From assembly GCA_048882485.1 (NCBI GenBank), contig JBHLRP010000018.1:1-49116 (forward strand): a stretch of 49,116 bases of DNA, read 5' to 3'. Below the pieces are notes generated by a model. The model was given only the letters and a program-made list of their open reading frames with translations, searched no databases and had not been told where the DNA came from. The translations under genes were made by a program, and so were the position numbers. This DNA comes from Candidatus Thorarchaeota archaeon. GTDB lineage: Archaea; Asgardarchaeota; Thorarchaeia; Thorarchaeales; Thorarchaeaceae. Numbering within the stretch: the stretch's first letter is position 1; each line of letters begins with the position of its first letter. This document shows positions 45,675 through 49,116 of this stretch, piece after piece.

Positions 45675-47492
45675 ATGTATGGATATCGGAACAAGGTTCT
45701 AAGAGTTGACCTCAGCACTGGTATGATATCTGATGAACACCTCAATCCCAAGATTGCTCGAGATTTCATTGGAGGCGCCGGCTACGCCTGCAGAATTCTC
45801 TATAGCATGATCGATGCAAATACAGATCCCCTTGGTCCGGATAATCCTCTCTTCATACTCACTGGACCATTTACTGGGACAATGGTTCCCACGGGCAGCA
45901 AGACATCGTTTTGTGCCAAGTCCCCTCAGACAGGACTCTGGGGTCACAGCACCGTAGGAGGCCATTTTGGAGCTGATTTGAAGTTTGCAGGATATGACGG
46001 GATTCTGTTTACTGGAAAAGCAGCAAAACACTCGTACTTACTAGTAAACAATGATACTGTCGAATTGAGAGATGCGAGTCATCTATGGGGCAAGGACACT
46101 CAAGTCGTATGGAATGAACTGAAGAAAGAAACAGGACTCAGAAATCCAGGCGTGGCGAGGATTGGTATAGCAGGAGAGAATTTGGTCAAATATGCCAGTG
46201 TGATAGTAGACCATTATCGTGCAGCTGGACGTACTGGCATTGGAGCGGTCATGGGCTCGAAGAAGCTCAAGGCTATTGCTGTCAATGGTACAGACAGAAG
46301 GATTCCTGTTGCAGATTCTGATGGTCTTATGGAATATGCAAAGGTTCTGAATGAAGACAAGAAGGATGATCCTACATTCAAGATGTACACGGATCTAGGT
46401 ACAGCTGGATATGTTGACATGATGAGTCTCATGTATGGTTCTTTGCCGGCGGGGTATTACACTGTTTCAGATTTTGACTCATATGACCTCAGTGGAACAA
46501 CCGTAAGAGAAACAATCCTTATTGGAAAGTCAGCATGTTTTAGGTGCCCAATAGGTTGTGGAAGAAGAATCAGGATAGGCGAGGGCAAATATGCTACAGG
46601 AGAGTTCGCTGGACCTGAACTCGAAGTGACAGGGACCATGGGATCACTAATCCTAAACAACCAACTAGATGCATTGGCCTATTGTAGTAAGACTCTCGAT
46701 CTCCTGGGAATGGACTTCCTCTCAGCAGGGACTGTAGTCGCATTTGCCTATTACCTCTTCATTGAGGGTAAGATAAGCAAGGACGACCTCGACGGAATCA
46801 CACCAGAATGGGGAGAGGTCGACTCTGCCTTAGCGCTATTAGATAAAATAGCTAAGAGGGAGGGGATAGGAAACCTGATGGCTGAAGGCACCTTTACGTT
46901 TGGAAAGAAGTTCGGATTCGAGAATCTAGCCGCCCAAGTTAATGGTTTAGAGTTGCCCATGCATGATTCAAGAGGCTTCTCTGGCATGGCTATCGCATAT
47001 GCGACCTCCCCGCGAGGTGCTTGTCATATGACAGCAGACATGTATAACATTCAGATGGGACAGACCAACGAATTGCTCGAGATTGAGAGTTTCGACAGAT
47101 TCGCAAATGAAGCGGATATAGTTGCTAGGCAACAAGACTTCAGATCCATCACCAACTCTGTTGGCATCTGCAATTTCTACCCATTTCTCGCAGAAGAGCT
47201 GGTAGAACTGTTCAAAATGGTGATTGGATGGGACTACTCAGTCGAGGAGCTCGCAACTACAGGAGAAAGGATATTCACTCTCATGCGGCTTTTCAATCTT
47301 AAAATGGGATATAACATCAGCAATGAGAAGCTCCCTGACATAGTACTTCAGCCACTAGAGGGACCGTCTGAAGGGCATGTGCCTGATGTGGAGGAGCAGC
47401 TGAATACATGGTACAAGCATCGAGGCTGGAGTAGAAAGACTGGCAAACCTCCAGCTAAGAAACTCAAATCCCTAGGTTTGACAGACCTATAG
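45675..47492 (+). CDS. Tungsten-dependent aldehyde:ferredoxin oxidoreductase family protein
   Basis: MYGYRNKVLRVDLS, KSPQTG, LKFAGYD, IGIAGEN, GRTGIGAVMGSKKLKAI, CFRCPIGC, GPELE, LGMD, RGACH. ATG at 45675. Confidence 0.93.
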   Translation: MYGYRNKVLRVDLSTGMISDEHLNPKIARDFIGGAGYACRILYSMIDANTDPLGPDNPLFILTGPFTGTMVPTGSKTSFCAKSPQTGLWGHSTVGGHFGADLKFAGYDGILFTGKAAKHSYLLVNNDTVELRDASHLWGKDTQVVWNELKKETGLRNPGVARIGIAGENLVKYASVIVDHYRAAGRTGIGAVMGSKKLKAIAVNGTDRRIPVADSDGLMEYAKVLNEDKKDDPTFKMYTDLGTAGYVDMMSLMYGSLPAGYYTVSDFDSYDLSGTTVRETILIGKSACFRCPIGCGRRIRIGEGKYATGEFAGPELEVTGTMGSLILNNQLDALAYCSKTLDLLGMDFLSAGTVVAFAYYLFIEGKISKDDLDGITPEWGEVDSALALLDKIAKREGIGNLMAEGTFTFGKKFGFENLAAQVNGLELPMHDSRGFSGMAIAYATSPRGACHMTADMYNIQMGQTNELLEIESFDRFANEADIVARQQDFRSITNSVGICNFYPFLAEELVELFKMVIGWDYSVEELATTGERIFTLMRLFNLKMGYNISNEKLPDIVLQPLEGPSEGHVPDVEEQLNTWYKHRGWSRKTGKPPAKKLKSLGLTDL

Positions 47493-47500
47493 GAAACTGA

Positions 47501-49006
47501 TCATAGATTGGCTAGATTCTTGAGTATAGACTTCATCATATCATAGAGAACACCTACATCTGCAATCCTGAGTCGCTCATCAGGAGTGTGTGGATTCTCC
47601 ATTCTGGGACCGATTGAAACCATCTGAATTCCAGGGATCTTCGAACCGATAATCCCACATTCCAATCCAGCATGTATCGCTTCAACTTTGACTTCCTTTT
47701 TCATTACACTCTCAAGATGTGAACGGACGTATGCCAGAAAGGGGCTCTTTGGCTCTGGTTTCCATCCGGGATAGGCCGCCTTTAGTGTGACATCCCAGCC
47801 ACTCAGTTGAGCCAAATCAGAAATCATCTTTCTGAAGGAATCCAGCTCAGAGTCCACACTGCTTCTTGTTGACATCAGAACGGAAATATCTGAGTCTTCT
47901 GTCTTGATTATTGCTAAGTTGTTCGAGGTCTCTACTAGACCTTCAACACTCGGTGAGAACCGAATTGGACCATGAAAGATTACATTGACTGACTGGATAA
48001 TTCTCTTAGACTCTTCAAGTGAGAACGCTGGAGCTGGTTTCGACACATTCCACTCAATCTTGATATCAGGTTCGAGTTGTGTTGCACCGGGCGCTGCAGA
48101 CTTGTAGTATGCGAGAAGTACTCCCCTCGCCTTTTCCAGGATTTGCTCCGTTTCTGCAGCCCTTCCAGTTTCCACTGCAAACTTCGCGGCTGACTCTCTG
48201 GTAATTGCATTATGCTTGCTTCCTCCATTCCAGCTGCACAGATGGAGGTTCATCTTCTCAACGATAAGTGTCAACATCCGTGCAATCAGTTTGTTAGCAT
48301 TAGCCCGAGGCTCATGGATATCAACTCCTGAATGTCCTCCAAACAGCCCTGATACGGCGAGGTCATAGAACGTTGCCTCGCCGGTCACTTCCTTTAGATT
48401 CAGCTTTTTCGTGAGTGTGGTATCTCCACCGCCGGCGGAGCCAATTGTGATGACTCCCAAGTCCTCCGAATCGATGTTAATCATGAGTTTGCTTTCAATT
48501 CCGAGCTTCTGTAGGTCAAGTCCAAATGCGCCAACTAGACCCGTTTCTTCATCCACGGTAATTAGAACCTCGAGAGGGCCATGTGCCACTTCAGAATCCA
48601 GCACAAGAGCAAGTCCAATAGATGAACCTATTCCATTGTCTGCACCCAAGGTAGTTCCGTCAGCATCAACCCACTCTCCGTTATCCTGTATCTTTACAGG
48701 AATTGGATTATTGTCAAAATCAAAGCCATCTGGGCGGTCGGTTTCACAGACCATGTCCATATGCCCCTGAAGCAGGATGGGTGGAGCTTTTTCCATCCCT
48801 TTGGTTGCGGACGCTTTCAGCAGGATATTCCCAGTATCATCCTCATTGATTGTGACTGGAATTCCAGCCGCCTCGGATTTAGCTCGCACATATTCCTTGA
48901 TCTTGGCACGAATCTTGTCCTCCTTTTTCGAAGGCCGAGGAGTCTGAATGAACACCTCTTCGAATATCTGCCATACTATCTTGGGTTCAAGACTCTCGAG
49001 AACCAT
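47501..49006 (-). CDS. pepD: Aminoacyl-histidine dipeptidase (M20C, PepD/carnosinase)
   Basis: PRPSKKE, LQGHMDMVCE, TTLGADNGIG, TVDEETGL, NIDSED, GGHSG, NAI.RE, IHAGLECG, HTPDE. Confidence 0.93.
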   Translation of the reverse strand: MVLESLEPKIVWQIFEEVFIQTPRPSKKEDKIRAKIKEYVRAKSEAAGIPVTINEDDTGNILLKASATKGMEKAPPILLQGHMDMVCETDRPDGFDFDNNPIPVKIQDNGEWVDADGTTLGADNGIGSSIGLALVLDSEVAHGPLEVLITVDEETGLVGAFGLDLQKLGIESKLMINIDSEDLGVITIGSAGGGDTTLTKKLNLKEVTGEATFYDLAVSGLFGGHSGVDIHEPRANANKLIARMLTLIVEKMNLHLCSWNGGSKHNAITRESAAKFAVETGRAAETEQILEKARGVLLAYYKSAAPGATQLEPDIKIEWNVSKPAPAFSLEESKRIIQSVNVIFHGPIRFSPSVEGLVETSNNLAIIKTEDSDISVLMSTRSSVDSELDSFRKMISDLAQLSGWDVTLKAAYPGWKPEPKSPFLAYVRSHLESVMKKEVKVEAIHAGLECGIIGSKIPGIQMVSIGPRMENPHTPDERLRIADVGVLYDMMKSILKNLANL

Positions 49007-49116
49007 CCTTCATTCACCCTGAAAGGACGAAGCAGTTGGTCAACTATTAAGGTTCTGATAGAACTCTGGTGCTTCGGTAGGCTTTTCATTCGCTTTGCGA
49101 CAGTCCCCATCTTGCA

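Noticed and set aside
49040-49116. Possible 3' end of another - strand gene at the window edge
   Set aside because: Too short to fix a frame or product; it may simply be the pepD promoter region.

Overview
A gene-dense archaeal chromosome segment with about 41 CDS and two decayed gene remnants. I saw no rRNA, tRNA, CRISPR array, transposase or integrase. TATA-like promoters, GGAGG/AGGTGA ribosome-binding sites and the gene content point to an archaeon, probably Asgard and Thorarchaeia-like (inference). 1-7.8 kb (- strand): an Ldh_2-family dehydrogenase cut by the window edge and absent from the ORF track, an ICMT/PEMT-like methyltransferase, nadB, pruA, a TPR/Zn-ribbon protein and a six-hairpin-glycosidase-like protein. 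7.95-22.96 kb (+ strand) is the strongest candidate for an undescribed system, a tightly coupled 5-gene cell-surface operon. It encodes an ABC-2 permease; an ABC ATPase with N-terminal TrmB-type sugar-binding-like subdomains; a 1456-aa membrane-anchored subtilase whose catalytic Ser is replaced by Thr and which carries a GldG/IFT52 (GIFT)-like domain; a second ABC ATPase; and a ~2250-aa type-I membrane protein. That last protein has an FG-GAP-like propeller, ~80 DxDxD Ca-binding repeats with a strict internal rule, one TM helix and a cytoplasmic Ig-like domain. 23-41.7 kb is an accessory region rich in paralog pairs (wHTH + membrane-protein modules, flavodoxins, SxxK serine hydrolases), with a radical SAM operon, palindromic operator-like arrays and pseudogene fragments. 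41.9-49 kb holds a PHP phosphoesterase, an SCP2 / nitronate-monooxygenase-like / Fe-ADH / aldehyde:ferredoxin oxidoreductase cluster, and pepD. All family calls are from motif recognition by eye; no searches were run.
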